From NCBI RefSeq assembly GCF_001194135.2, contig NC_068986.1, positions 81,772,336 through 81,836,335 of the forward strand: a stretch of DNA of 64,000 bases. The letters are read 5' to 3'. Source of the DNA: Octopus bimaculoides (Eukaryota). Positions 12,953-26,449 of this stretch are shown one piece after another. The position numbers and the translations under genes were made by a program. The notes beneath the pieces were generated by a model. The model was not told the DNA's origin, searched no databases, and was given only the letters and a program-made list of their open reading frames with translations. Every line of letters starts with the position of its first letter. Position 1 is the first letter of the stretch.

Positions 12953-13761
12953 CATAATGACTCCTAAAAATAGTTTTAACATTTGTGCATTGGATACTTC
13001 TGGAGACATTCTTAACTCTTGTACATAATGACCAATGGAGACTGTATAGACACTTGCACATATGAACTTCTGCTGTCTGAATATTTATCCATAATGACCC
13101 TTGAAGACATCTAAATATTTAGATATGATGACTCCTAGTGACAGTCTTAACACTTGTACATAGTGTTTCTATTGGTTACTTTAGAATATGTGAATAATTG
13201 TTGTTTTAATATTTCGGTTAATACTTCATCATTACAATTCTAACTGAATTGGTCATTCAACATGAAGGGTTCTAAAAATTGTAATACTTCCAGTAATTTT
13301 TGGAACAAAATTTTATAAATTCATTGTTGTATGTCACTTTCTAATTAATGCAATAGAATTGATAACATTTGCTTATAATAAGTAGTCTAATACCTATCCA
13401 CTTGAAAAGTATGTTACTATTGTATATTCTGAACCGGTTGCGTTATTGTTGCTAAGCACTTCATTTCTAACCTGCTGCTCACCATCAAAAGTTAAGCAAA
13501 TGCTTGTTATTGTGACATTGACTTTATTGAACTGAGCTGATTAGTATCGCTGGTAATTACCAAAGTGTAATTGTCTTTTACACTAATTTACAGCTTATGT
13601 GCTGAAGAATCTTAGTTCACTTCATGGTAACATAATTGCTGTGTAATTGTATGATAGCCAATTATTCACTTATTTAGAAAGGAGAGGGTAATACTTCTTT
13701 GGTGAGTGTGTATGTGTGTGTGTGTATATATATATACACACACACACATGTACATATATAC

Positions 13762-13796
<35 letters not shown>

Positions 13797-15426
13797 ACAT
13801 ACTCACATATGCACAGCATGTGTGTTTAAGTGGTGGGACATACATGCCCTGAATACAATCATATTTATTTCTTCATTGATTTTATAATGTAAATGATAAA
13901 GAAATATTATTGACAAAAAAACATCTTATGAAAACTATTCTAAAGTGGATTCAATAACGATGTTCTTCCATGTGGATATAACATCTGTTCACTGAAAAGT
14001 TTCTCGTGTGTGCATGTGCTTGTATATATGTGCACGCATGTATGTATTTGTGTGTGTTTATGTAGCACACGCTCACATTGATACATCGTAGCAGAATTTG
14101 ATAAGTTCAATTGCCGTGAGGAATGAAGAATGTAACATTTTGTGGTCTTGCTCTGCATCTGAGGGAGGGAAAGAGAAAAGAAGTATTCTCATTTTGGTTG
14201 TAGGCTAACAAGTGATGAAGAATGGAATAAAGTGAATGAGAGATGTATGAAGTGAGGGAGTATTGACCTGTGAGAAGTGGTGGGAGGTGAGCAGTGAGCA
14301 GGAACATAAAGAATGAGGTGGGAAGGAGTTTGAGAGAGCCAAATCATCGCCAAGAGGGTCAAATGAAGCATAACAGTATAGATTTTACATGAATATAGAC
14401 GAGCTACTTCATAAATACACACACACACATATATATGTATATATATATATCTCACAAACGCACATACACACACACACATTCATACGGAAATACAAATACA
14501 TATACAAACAAAAAGTTTGTTGGTGGTCTTGATGAACGGGTTGACAAGGAGAAAGAGCTTGCATCTAGAATTTACAATGACTGTAAATTGTTTAATATAG
14601 TATCGTGTAAAAGAAATGGGTGGGAGAAGGTCAATAGCTAAAGTTAGCTTGCAGAATAGAACGTAGGTTAGTAGTGTAAGTCTTGTATATACAGAAAGCT
14701 AGCTCCTGTCAGACATATATGCAAACATGAGTTTGCAGGAATTAATACACTCAGGAGGCAGACCTACATATACATCCACAAATATAAACAAAATAGATTT
14801 AGGACAATTATGAAGTGAAAGAGGGCCATGGAAGTGAACATTGGGAAGGGAGTATAGAGTGAAAGGAATGTAAAGTCAAAAATAGTCAAAGAAATCTGAG
14901 GCTCCCATTCATACATCCCAGAGAAGGGATTCTCTGGTTGAAGGTGTAATTTTTTCATTTGTACTTGTGGATCTCATTAGAGTGATGGTGTGAGAGAGCA
15001 CCACATACTGAGAAATGTTCAGAGTAATGGCTGATTAGAGGTCTCATAAATTTCTGGAATTATCAATCACTAACAATTTGTTTTACCTTTGAACAATACA
15101 TTGCAAAGCTTCATCACTCTTAGATGAAGGCAAAAGGTGTTAACATTAAATTCTCTCCTTCCTGGCACAAACTTACGAAGCACATCTACAATCTCTTAAA
15201 TGTATTAATTATTCTCAACACTGATCGTTATCAGCTTACNNNNNNNNNNATAAATGATTTAACCATATTGATACATGTCTTTGTGTCCATTATTTGTTCA
15301 ATATGCTTTTTTTTTTTGTTACTACACAAAAACACACATTGTTATGGACACATAAACTGGGTCCATCATTGAAGTTTAATAGTGTCCACAATAGTTTGTT
15401 GTCATTTTCTAAATAAAATTATTTAA

Positions 15427-15634
15427 CCCTTTGAAACCAACCCATCAGAGATTACTCCTGGTTCTATGATACAAACTTGTTTCAAAGTGATCTAAAAATT
15501 CCCATCAAAATTTCACATTAATTTATGTTTCAAATACCAGCTTAAAAATGACAAATTTTACCTAATTCTTTGTTACTTTCAAAATTAATTGAAACTAAGG
15601 CAGTGTATTTCAACAGAAATATAGTAACGAAAGG
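15427..15634 (+). mobile_element. piggyBac-like MITE family 2 (TTAA flanks); inverted copy at 48343-48564
   Basis: ttaa|ccctttgaaaccaaccc ... tcaacagaaatatagtaacgaaagg|ttaa. Both ends match the reverse complement of the 48343-48564 element. Confidence 0.75.
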
Positions 15635-16315
15635 TTAAATATCTGCTAACAATGGACTGTAATAGAGCCTGTCCAGTTGGTCAGTATATCTAAACATTAT
15701 TGTGAAATATATTGTTTGAGCTTGTGACAGGTTGTGGTCAACTAAATATTTGGTATTGAATTCAGTACTATAATAGTCCAGTTAAGTTTTACTATTTGGT
15801 CAGTACATGTATTGATTAAGTGACTGGCTGTGGTCAGTGGTTAGCTAAATATATAGTGTTAAATTCAGTAATAAGACAAAGTTGAATAACAGACTAGCCA
15901 CCCTACTGACCTTCATTGTTACCCTAATTACAGGGAACGTCCAGTGGTTTCATAGAAACAGTAGGTGTATTATGAGTGGAACAACCCTACAGTAATGATT
16001 CTCAACCAGAATCCATAGAGTAACAAGGGTCAAGTTCTCACTCTATTCTTTTTCTTGAAACCATGTCTTTCACTCCTACCTGATATTGTTCATGCACCAA
16101 TTACTTGATACATCCAGTTTGAAGTCTACGTTATGTTATATTTGTTGCCTTTGGAAACATTCATATTCTGAGTTTCTTTTATGAATATATAATCTAATGA
16201 TCGAATAGAAACTAATAAAGTAAAATTTTATTATTTTCCCCCCTTTAGTCATCTTCAAAGCCTACAAAACTGTAACGTTGATATTCCTGGTTGTCATCTG
16301 TTTGTGTGTGTACAT

Positions 16316-16888
16316 ATCATCATCATCATTATCATTTAACGTCTGCTTTCCATGCTAGCATGGGTTGGACGATTTGACTGAGGACTAGTGAAACCAGATG
16401 GCTACACCAGGCTCCAATCTTATTTGGCAGAGTTTCTACAGCTGGATGCCCTTCCTAACATCAACCACTCCGAGAGTGTAGTAGGTGCTTTTACGTGTCA
16501 CCGGCACGAAGGCCAGTCAGGCGATACTGGCAACGGCCACGCTCAAAATGGTGTATTTTATGTGCCACCCGCACAAGAGCCAGTCCAGGGGCACTGGCAA
16601 CGATCTCGCTTGAAAGTCCTTACACATGCTGTGGGCACAAGTGCCAGAAAGGCAACGCTGGGCACAGGTACCATCACGATTTCGCTTGCCCCAACAGGTC
16701 TTCGCAAGCTGAGTTTCATGTCCAATGAAGGAGACGATGTTGGCATGGGTGCCAGTTGTCGAATTTAGTTTGATTTCGATTTCACTTGCCTCAATAGGTC
16801 TTTGCAAGCGGAGTTTAGTGTCCAATGAAGGAAAGGTACACATAAGTGGACTGGCTACACCCCTGGCAGAGGCCTTGGATTTAGGTCT
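16316..16888 (-). mobile_element. Young RTE LINE 3' end (3'UTR with internal duplications, (ATG)n tail)
   Basis: CpG-rich. It has about 58-bp duplicated blocks (gatttc.cttgcc.caa.aggtctt.gcaagc.gagttt..tgtccaatgaagga at about 16675 and 16777) and repeated gtgccacc.gcac units. The first about 180 bp are near-identical to 57430-57612. Confidence 0.85.
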
Positions 16889-17423
16889 CACTATATATGT
16901 ATCATATGTAGATGTTTGTACATGACTGAATGATTAAGAAGTTTGCTTCACAATCATCAAATCTCTATTTTAATCTCACTGAATGACAGTTTAGACATGT
17001 CTTTCTTTCTCTAGCTTTATTGTGAAATTGAGTTGACAAGAATCGCTGCCTATAATTGAAAAAGTGTAGCATTGTTACACCTTGTGTCACACTGTATCCA
17101 ACGTAAGGATTACATTAAGAGTACAAAAATCTGTGGAATAATCAGTGACTTCTATGTAAACTATTTATTGGTCAGAGTGGTGGGGGAGGCAATGTTACCC
17201 TTGCTGCTCTGGCAAGAAACTCAAAGTTATCGGAATATCAGTACCTCTTATAAATTATACAGATCCTAAAAGATTATCCTTCACTGCTTTTCTCTCCCAT
17301 CACTCTGGCCATTAAATACTCTCTGTAGAGGTCACTGAATATTCTACAATATCTTGCACCCTTAATGTAATCTTCAACTGTTATATCTGAAATGTGTTAA
17401 ATTTTGGTGACCTCACTACTCCA

Positions 17424-17590
17424 GGTGCCACATAAAAAGCACCCAGTACACTCTGTAAAGTGGTTGGCATGAAGGGGGACATCAAGTTGTAGAAACCATG
17501 CCAAAACAGACAGTAAAGCTTGGCAGCTCCTGTCAAACTGTCCAACCAATGACAGCATGGAAAATGGTCGGATGATGATGACAATGACGA
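17424..17590 (+). mobile_element. RTE-type 3' tail fragment, 270 bp upstream of the Pka-R1 exon
   Basis: aaaagcacccagtacactctgtaaagtggttggca...ccaacc.atg.cagcatggaaaatgg...gatgatgatg. Confidence 0.8.
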
Positions 17591-17855
17591 CATATTAGTA
17601 GAAAATAGAATTATTGTCAAAGTTTGGTGCCACAAGGCAACATGCTGTAATTTTTTGTCTGATCATCTTATACTTTCATTGTAGAAATTGATGGAATGCT
17701 ATTGACGTACTTTGTAAGTCATCAGATGTGTGTGTATGTGTTCATACATACAAACTGATGTGTATATATGTGTTTATGTATATACATATATGCGTGTGTG
17801 TAATGTGTAAGAGGAGCACAGCCATTAATGTGTTGATGTTTTTTTCTGATTTCAG

Positions 17856-18020
17856 GAGCAGGCCAAAGTTAAGAGTAAATCTTCTACTCCCCCCAGTGAT
17901 GACCGGGATGATGAAGTGTCACCCACTCCCCCTCACCACACTATACCAAAGCGAACCAGGAGAGGGGGAGTCAGTGCTGAAGTATACAAGGAAGAAGATG
18001 CTGCTTTGTATGTTAAGAAG
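17856..18020 (+). CDS. Pka-R1: PKA type I regulatory subunit, internal exon (linker + pseudosubstrate inhibitor site), 165 bp, phase 0/0
   Basis: tttttttctgatttcag|GAG...AAG|gtaagt. Translates [72 protein letters not shown] is the hallmark of RI subunits. Not called in this frame in the ORF track. Confidence 0.97.
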
Positions 18021-18859
18021 GTAAGTGTGTGTTGATTGTTACTACACAGGGAGGGTTGATTGTTGGCCTATGGTGATCTAGTAGTGGTGAGGAGACTCGT
18101 CATAGTTGTAGTAGCATCGTTTAGTACCAACATGCACAAATATATGTACACACACACACACTACACTTCACTATTGCCTAATTGTAAAAATTTGTGCTAA
18201 CCTCATATGTGCCTCTATACATATATAGCATGGTTCACATAAGAAAAATCTCTGAGAAAATCTTGAGTTTCCTTCTTGTTCTTCGCCATAAAATACTTAC
18301 TGCATGAACATATGTTTGACGGATTTGAACACAGCTAAGTGAACTGTGTCAGTGATGGAAGAAATTGTTGACTTTTTGACCAGTGAGTTTGAGAATTTTT
18401 ATCATTTTTGTTTTTCCAAGTTAGCATGGTTTAGGAACAATTTACAATGCTAGCTTTACACACACCTCAGTTATTATTCCTCTGCATACACACACCCTTA
18501 TTCCAGCCAAGTCATTTCCAGCAACAGTTTTACTTGATGTTTCAACTGTGGTCTTATGACTGCTCTCCTTTCTATTACAAGCTAAACCTAAAGACAGCTA
18601 TTATCTATTGTTAGTGCTAACATATTTAATGTAGTGTACATCAAAAATCCAATGAGAAATTGTGGTGAGAAAAAGATAACATTATAGCTCAATAACTAAC
18701 ATTATTTCAAACATTTTAGCAAGTATGTGAAACAACTCCAGATTTGTTTCAGTTTTATTAAACCTCTGCAGAGCATACTCTTCACTGACTTGCCAAAATA
18801 GTAATGCTTGAATTATGAAGTAGATGTACTATTAAATACACTTATAAGCTAGAATTAAC

Positions 18860-19523
18860 GGATCTTGTTCAAAACGGGGGCACCAGTATTTTCTTAACGA
18901 AACACTTTGAAACTTGGGACACTGGTAGAATGTGTCATATAAAACATCTTTTCCTCTTAGTCTTCTTAACAAAAAAACGTACATCGCAAGTTATTTCATG
19001 TTAAAGTTGTCGTATTTCTGTAATTTCAACCAATGACTGACGTCCATTCAGCCGATATATATTAAGTGCTGACTACGTAAACAAACGATTCACGGCGGTG
19101 ATAAAATTATTATTTCCTTGTCAAAAAATGGCTGAAGCATATTGGCAGTAGCTAATAAACCTTTCTATTATAGGCACAAGGCATGGTTTTTGAGGGAAGG
19201 AGCAAGTCAATTAGGCTTAGGGTTAGGGAAAACGAACACACGTGTGTTGCCTCTGCAAAATGTCAGAAGTAATGGAGATTAAATACGCTTTACACCGCTT
19301 AAAGTGCCAAAGGAGTAAGTGTAAACAGCTGAATACTTGTCAGTGATTGGTTGAAATTATCGAAATAAGACAATTTTTTACATGAAATAAATCCGAATAC
19401 AAAAATTTTTTTCTGTTCTATAACGCAAAATAGATAAGTATACGAAGTTTGAAAGTCTTTCCGTACCAAAAACACTACATAAAACATAAATGAAAACTGG
19501 TGCCCCCGTTTTGAACAAGATCC
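18860..19523. mobile_element. 664-bp non-autonomous DNA transposon, 28-bp perfect TIRs, 8-bp TSD (Merlin-like)
   Basis: GAATTAAC|GGATCTTGTTCAAAACGGGGGCACCAGT ... ACTGGTGCCCCCGTTTTGAACAAGATCC|GAATTAAC. GG termini plus an 8-bp TSD fit Merlin. No transposase ORF. Confidence 0.9.
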
Positions 19524-20941
19524 GAATTAACATATAACCATACAGAGTTAATGCTAACATATATAATGCTGACAGCATTACATAGCTACCTAGAAATCAA
19601 TGTGTAGACAAGAAAACTTAATCTATGAATAATATTTATTTTGGTCAATAAAATATTGAGATCGCTGTACTTCGAGAAATGGCATAATCTATATTGCCTC
19701 CCGTAAACAAAGTTGCAATGACCAAACATAGTTATTCTATCTTGCAGTCTCTGTTCACGGTAAAATTGTTGTATGTGTACGGCCTCTGTTGTATGAGATA
19801 GTTACTGTTACATCTACTAACATTGTCGTACATATGTGTATGGCCAGTAGTGTATTTCATAACTATTTGTTGCCTCTGTCTACTGACAATGTTTGTAAGT
19901 GTAGCTGTAGTTATTGTCCATTGGCAATCTCTTAATGTATTTACTATTTCATTACTAAATGGATGGCTAACTCTCACATTTTCATTGAATCTGTTACTAC
20001 CACCACCACCACCACCACTGCTGCTGCTGCTACTTCCAACCTGAACAAACTACATGACAGCCATCACCACTGTCACGGACAAGCACCACTACCCACATAA
20101 TGGAAAACCTACAATAATCATAATCAATAAGCATACCATCCACTACCACCACCACCACCATTGTCACCATTACTTTGGGTTTCTTTCTCTTTTCTCCCTT
20201 TCTTTGTTTTCCTTGTTTTATTTTTTTCTCATTTTCTATTCCCACTTCTATCTCTGACGCAAGTCTCCATGTGATACCAATATTTGAACCACAATCCCTG
20301 TTGTTCTGGTTGATCTCCAAAAACATTAATCTCTCCGCTAAATTAATTAAATAAAATACAAATTCTCATTAATGTATGTCTTAATTTTCCCTCTCCCATT
20401 TACTTCAGCTCAATAGGAAATAACTTAGTTTTAGTCTCTCCTACACCACCCATCTCTCATCTTACTTCATTTCTCCACGTCATCAATTTGACTAAATGTT
20501 ATCAGCAAGCTTCTGGTTTGAATATCATTACCTCAATTTTCTATCTCACACTGTTACTGTTTCACAAAGTTCTGTAAGCAATAAGCTGCACTGTTTGTAA
20601 CTAATCAGATAATTGCACGGATAAACTATCCATCTCTCCTGATAGTTGTCTCCTCATCATTTATTAATGGATCGGTTTTCCAAGGCATTTAACGGCTGAT
20701 AAACTTACAATGACAATGGTAATAGTGAAGTTACACTCAACTCATGTTACGCTTATCTGTTGTTGTTTGCTAATTAGAAAACATCCCACGGCTTTCATAG
20801 ATTGGAAGCAGAAGTTTGGAGTTTTAAAAAGTATCCTTGCTATTACTGCTATTTAAAAAAAAATTAAGTATATAAATATTCTTTTATTTTTATGAATTTG
20901 TGTTGCAAGATTCCTGATGTTAAGTTGTGTATTGAAACAGA

Positions 20942-21141
20942 TGTATTTTGGGATGGTCATTTTTTTCTTTTTTTTTTTTTTTGTTGCCAAATAAACACAT
21001 GCACTATATATTTGTTCTTCAATCATTTATTCCTGTTCTTATTCTAACTCATGTCCATTGTCCAGATAATGGATATGAGTTAAAATAAGAACAGTAACAA
21101 GCGAGTGAAGAACAAATATATAGTGTGTGAGTGTTTATTTG

Positions 21142-21175
<34 letters not shown>

Positions 21176-21192
21176 GATCATCCCAAAATACA
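20942..21192. repeat. About 250-bp imperfect palindrome (arms about 120 bp, 6-8 nt loop)
   Basis: tgtattttgggatggtcat-(T-rich)-gccaaataaacac..cactatatatttgttcttca...aactcatgtccatt / loop / aatggatatgagtt...tgaagaacaaatatatagtg..gtgtttatttggc-(A)n-gtgatcatcccaaaataca. Confidence 0.9.
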
Positions 21193-21200
21193 GCAATGTT

Positions 21201-21575
21201 CTTTTACTTGTTTCAGTCATTAGATTGTTGCTATGTTGGGACATCATCTTGAAAAATTTTAGTTGAACAAATTGACCTCAGTACATTTTTTTTAAAAGTC
21301 TGGTACTTATTCTTTCGATCTCTTTTGCCGAACTGCTAATTCATGTTAAACTGGTTATCAAGCGGTGGTGGGGAACAAACACAGGTGCGCACACACACAC
21401 ACACACACATACACATACAACAGGCTTCTTTCAGTTTCCACCCACCAAATCCACTCACAAGGCTTTGGCCAGCCTGAAGCTATAGTAGAAGACACTTGTC
21501 CAAGGTGCCACACAGTGGAACTGAACCTAGAACGATGTGATTGGGAAGCAAGCTTCTTACCACACAGTCACACAT
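21201..21575 (-). mobile_element. tRNA-headed SINE with non-RTE tail (...actgaaacaagtaaaag)
   Basis: Same head/body as the other SINEs. The 3' part matches 35140-35311 and 62100-62194. Confidence 0.85.
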
Positions 21576-24500
21576 GTACTTATATATTTATCTATGAACT
21601 AAAGTGTAAAATTTTTATTATGAAAACAATTTAAAAAATGATAAATTAAATTGATTGGAACTATCAGTGAAGTCATTCNNNNNNNNNNNNNNNNNNNNNN
21701 NNNNNNNNNNNNNNNNNNNNNNNNNNNNNNNNNNNNNNNNNNNNNNNNNNNNNNNNNNNNNNNNNNNNNNNNNNNNNNNNNNNNNNNNNNNNNNNNNNNN
21801 NNNNNNNNNNNNNNNNNNNNNNNNNNNNNNNNNNNNNNNNNNNNNNNNNNNNNNNNNNNNNNNNNNNNNNNNNNNNNNNNNNNNNNNNNNNNNNNNNNNN
21901 NNNNNNNNNNNNNNNNNNNNNNNNNNNNNNNNNNNNNNNNNNNNNNNNNNNNNNNNNNNNNNNNNNNNNNNNNNNNNNNNTATATATATATATATATATA
22001 TGATGTGTTGGTGTATCTAATGTAACAATTTAATAGTGTGTAGTGAGTGAGTGCAGTTTTGTGGGATGTAAGCGATGAATATAGACTAATGGCAATCCAA
22101 GCAAATAAATGAATTTGTGAACAGACAAATGAATTACTAAATGATGAAATACAATAATATAAATGTCAGTGTGAAGCCTTGTTTCTGTAAATTGATTTGT
22201 GTTCTTGTGGATAAATATTGAGTTGAGAAGACTATGTATTTCCATGTATCTCTCTTCTGCAATTTATAGTTAGTTTCTTCTTCCTGTTGAAGCATGTGCT
22301 TAAGCAATCTGGAGCTTTACAGCATCTCGTTGTCTTATCAAAATCTATATGTTGTAATATTACATTAGGCAGTGTCAGCTGTTCAGAGAGAAACTTTACA
22401 ATGTTCATCTACAAAAGACATTAAATGAGAAATCATAGGGATTAATTAAACACTATTTAATGACTAATACTCCAACCTATTAAAAACCAATCTGTAAAAC
22501 ATATCTTGAGACTCTCACCACCAAATATACAATGCATAGATCACCTGGTAAAGACAAATTACTATGGCTGCTACATTGAGTATATGGTAAATATGAAATA
22601 GAGTTGTTTAAACAGCTCAGAAAATTCGCATCAAGCATGTGGGGAAATATTTTTAAAGCCAGAACAGGTCCTGTTTCTGTGAACTCCTTAACTTTGGTTT
22701 TACTTCATCAACTTCAATGAAAGTCAGAAATAATTGAATGATATTACTTCACAAGGACAAATACTGGTTGATAGCACAGAAAGAGTGCTGGTATTGTATA
22801 CTGGATAGAAATAAATTCAATATTATCACTCATATGGAGACATCTTGATGGGGGTAGGCAGAGAAAGTGAGATAGATAGATAGCAAGAGAGAGAGAGAAT
22901 AGAGTGTTGGTAGAATATGCATTAAACTTTTGCTACACAGGTGTTGTGATGTTGTGAACAGTTGAGAGGGAATGTGGAGAGAGTGTGATTGAGATGAGTG
23001 TTTCAAAGGGGAAGTGGGCAGTGAACAGATGCTTAGCTGTAAATATTCGGTAAAGAACTTGTGTGCGTGTGTGTGTGTGCATGTGCATACGTGTGTGTTG
23101 AAATACTGAAATATTGTTGAACAATGAAAGAAGAATAAAAAAAGACTAATATGTTAGATATTTCAGGTAAATAATGACAGAGGTGGAGGCTGCTAATTTC
23201 ATTGAATAAAGTAGATTCTATGAATCTTATGCATTTATATAGGGGAAAGAAAGATTTTATTTCTAAGTATCAATAAATCTTCATCGACTTGTCATCACTG
23301 TGTAAAACTGAACAATTTATTGGATATCACAAAAGTATATCAAATTTATAATACATCTGAATAGATTTTCTTCAAAGACCGTCTCCATAACCCATTTTCA
23401 TTTAGAAATTCTTCAGTTTCATTAGTAAACTGCTTTCATATGTAAAAATAGAATTCTATTTGCAATGTCAATGGAGTTTTGCCCTCTTCTGTCAACAAAG
23501 CACAAAAGATAAAACTATTGAAGAGAACAGGTTTTTCTGATAATGTTAAAATTAAATTAAACATCTTTTCACTTAATTTTCGAAAGCTTAGCATGAGTTA
23601 GTTGTTTAATTTTGTTTAGTTCGGAAATATTTGATAAAATTAGATTAGAAACTTGAGTTGGTGATGTCAAAAACACAATGCAGCTTTGCTGACACAAACT
23701 TATATATGTACATTTTCATGCATGCATACAGATATGCATGAATGCACACATTTGCTCTCACAGATTTTATAGTCTGCTTTTAGAAATGCATGCATCTATA
23801 CATTCATTCATAGATAAATCTATCTTAGAATTTAGAAAGAGAATCGTTGTGCAAATGATGTCAAATAATAAAACACCTTTTTTTTTCACAATTTTTTTTT
23901 TTTATGGTCTTGCCATTAAACAGGTGGCATTGATTCATTCCATAATTCTCTTGTTCATATCTGTTTCTATGTAACAATGTGGATGGGTCTCCAACACAGT
24001 GCATTGTTAATCCTCCTAGAGCTTGTGTCATCCTATTTGTGATCTAATCATGCATCGTACCCTTGGTTATCTTCATCTAATGGTTGCTGTTCATAGCTGT
24101 GTCACTCAATAACAGATGTTCATAATAATGAATAGTGTCATTTGCAGACTAATGTTTTAACCACTCTCTCAACAACCCTTAAATCAAATTAACATTGTAT
24201 ATATCACTTCTCTCTAACCTTCACAACTATTCATCATGCACTCTGCTATTTATATGGAGGAGAGAGAGAAACCTTGTATTATCAACAAAAGTAACTATTT
24301 ACCTAACTTCTACCTGTTTCTTATAGTTTACTATACTTTCATTGCAATCACCTTAGGTTGCCTAAGTAATAAAAGCCATCTTTTACCTCCTGTGAGTCAC
24401 TCAAACAGTTCATTGACTATATTTTATTGGTGTCTTTATTGATCCCTACTGTACATCTATGCCGAAGATCTCACAATATCTAGAGAGAACTAAATACCCA

Positions 24501-25933
24501 GTATTGAGTACTTATCTATTTGATACTTATATATTAAATAAGAATATGGCAGACAATAGACACATTCACTTTATGTATACATGTATATAAAGTGAGTGAA
24601 TCTGTTAATTATCTGCTTATTAGCATGAATTAGCATAGAAGGGGTGGAGTATTCCACTCAAGCACGAACCCTTTATGTACTCTTCAAAAAGAATCAGTGT
24701 GACACAATTTGGGACAAGGCTATCCCTATAGCCCATCCAATGGGCTTCATCGCAGTTTCCATTTATCCAATTTCACTATACCCAAGATGTGATGTAGTGC
24801 AATTGAACCTGGAACCTCATGATTTTGAAGCGGATTTCTTCACCATTACACCATACACACATATATTAATCAGTACTGCCAGCTTCGCAGACTACCTTAC
24901 TACCTCCATTCTCACCATGTACTACTACCACCTTCACCATCACCATACACATATTACATCTCGATTTAGCAGGCCGGTTGTTTTGATTTTGTCACCTTCT
25001 TCTTCATCGAGATTATAAGGCAACATGTTAATTGTAGTGGTTGTAGTGGTGTTGGTGAATTTGGTAGTATTGTTGTGAAAGTAGGAACGATGGAAGTGGT
25101 GGTGGTGGTTATGTTAAAGATAAAAGTACATGTGGTTGGGCTTGAAACTACAGGCCTGTGAGTGAAATACAATACCTGTTCACATTAAGTTTAGACCTTA
25201 TGAGAAATAATATATCAGTAGTGTTTGCATGTGTGTATGTGTGCATGCATGTGGGTGTACACATGTGCATGTGTGTATACATACACACACACACATGCAC
25301 AGGCATAAACACAGACACACACACACACACACAGAAATATACACAAATAGCTATTTCATTTACAGGAAAGTGCTTATGTTACATTTTAAGAAAGCTCTTT
25401 CAAAAAAATTTTTTTTTTAGTTGACAAAAATTTAAAAATTCAAGAGTATTTTTGATTTTCTTGTTTGTTGCTCAGTTAAATATCAAAAACATTGAAAATA
25501 AAAAGCTGACATTCAAATTGAAAAATGTGAACTGCAGTATGTTAATATAATACTGCATTAATATACATATTCAGTAAACTGTATTTATTTGGGTTTTTTT
25601 AAAGTGGAAATGAATGTCATATAGACTGTGATATTTCCATTGGTCCAATTAGTTATTATCCATTATTGTAAACAATTTTATAAAAAATTAATATGAAATT
25701 TGTTGGCTTGAATGTTTGTTTCTAGGATTTGTTGCAATTTATTTTACTACCAATTATTTATGGTATTCTAATGAAAATGAAATTGAATCAGCATTGAAAA
25801 TTTAGTTGCTGGAAAGAAAGTTCCAGTTAAAGGAACACTGCTGTGTACAGCCTCAGAGATTGATAAAGTAAGGATAAGATGTTTGAAGCTAATTTTAATA
25901 ACAATAACTGTGTAATAGCATTATCCATTACTA

Positions 25934-26365
25934 TCATAATCATCTTCTTCATTGTTTTATTGTCTACATTTCCATGTTTGCATGGGTCAGGTGGAACTTG
26001 TTGAGGCATATTTCCTGTGGCTGGATGCTATTTCTGTCACCAACCTTTAACTGTTTCCATGTAAGGTAATATTTCTCCTTGACCAGATATGTTTCTATGG
26101 GAGACTGAAAGTGAATGACACCACTTGAACAATAGCGATACTTGCTTACACCTAACTCCTGATGTCAAAGCAAAAAAAACTCAGATACATGCACACATAC
26201 ATATGTACAACCAGCTTCTTTTATCTTCCATCTAACAAATCCACTCACAAGACTTTGGTTGGTTTGGGTCCCTTGTAGAAGACATTTGCCCAAGATACCA
26301 TGCAGTGGGACTAAGCACAAAAGTATGCAGTTGGGAAGTGAAATACTTAACCACATTGCCACACC
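25934..26365 (-). mobile_element. tRNA-headed SINE with RTE-like tail (diverged)
   Basis: Same architecture as 12487-12952. Confidence 0.8.
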
Positions 26366-26388
26366 TGAATATAATAAATAGTTTCGTG

Positions 26389-26449
<61 letters not shown>

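Noticed and set aside
16388-16925. GC-richer ORFs on both strands
   Set aside because: They fall within the RTE 3'UTR; the same peptide reappears at 57503 in another copy.
17728-18024. 98-aa ORF in the track overlapping the exon
   Set aside because: Wrong frame. The real exon frame starts at 17856 without an ATG.
19211-19228. Telomeric TTAGGG-like run (also about 44456-44475)
   Set aside because: Only 2-3 imperfect units and internal to repeats; not an interstitial telomere.
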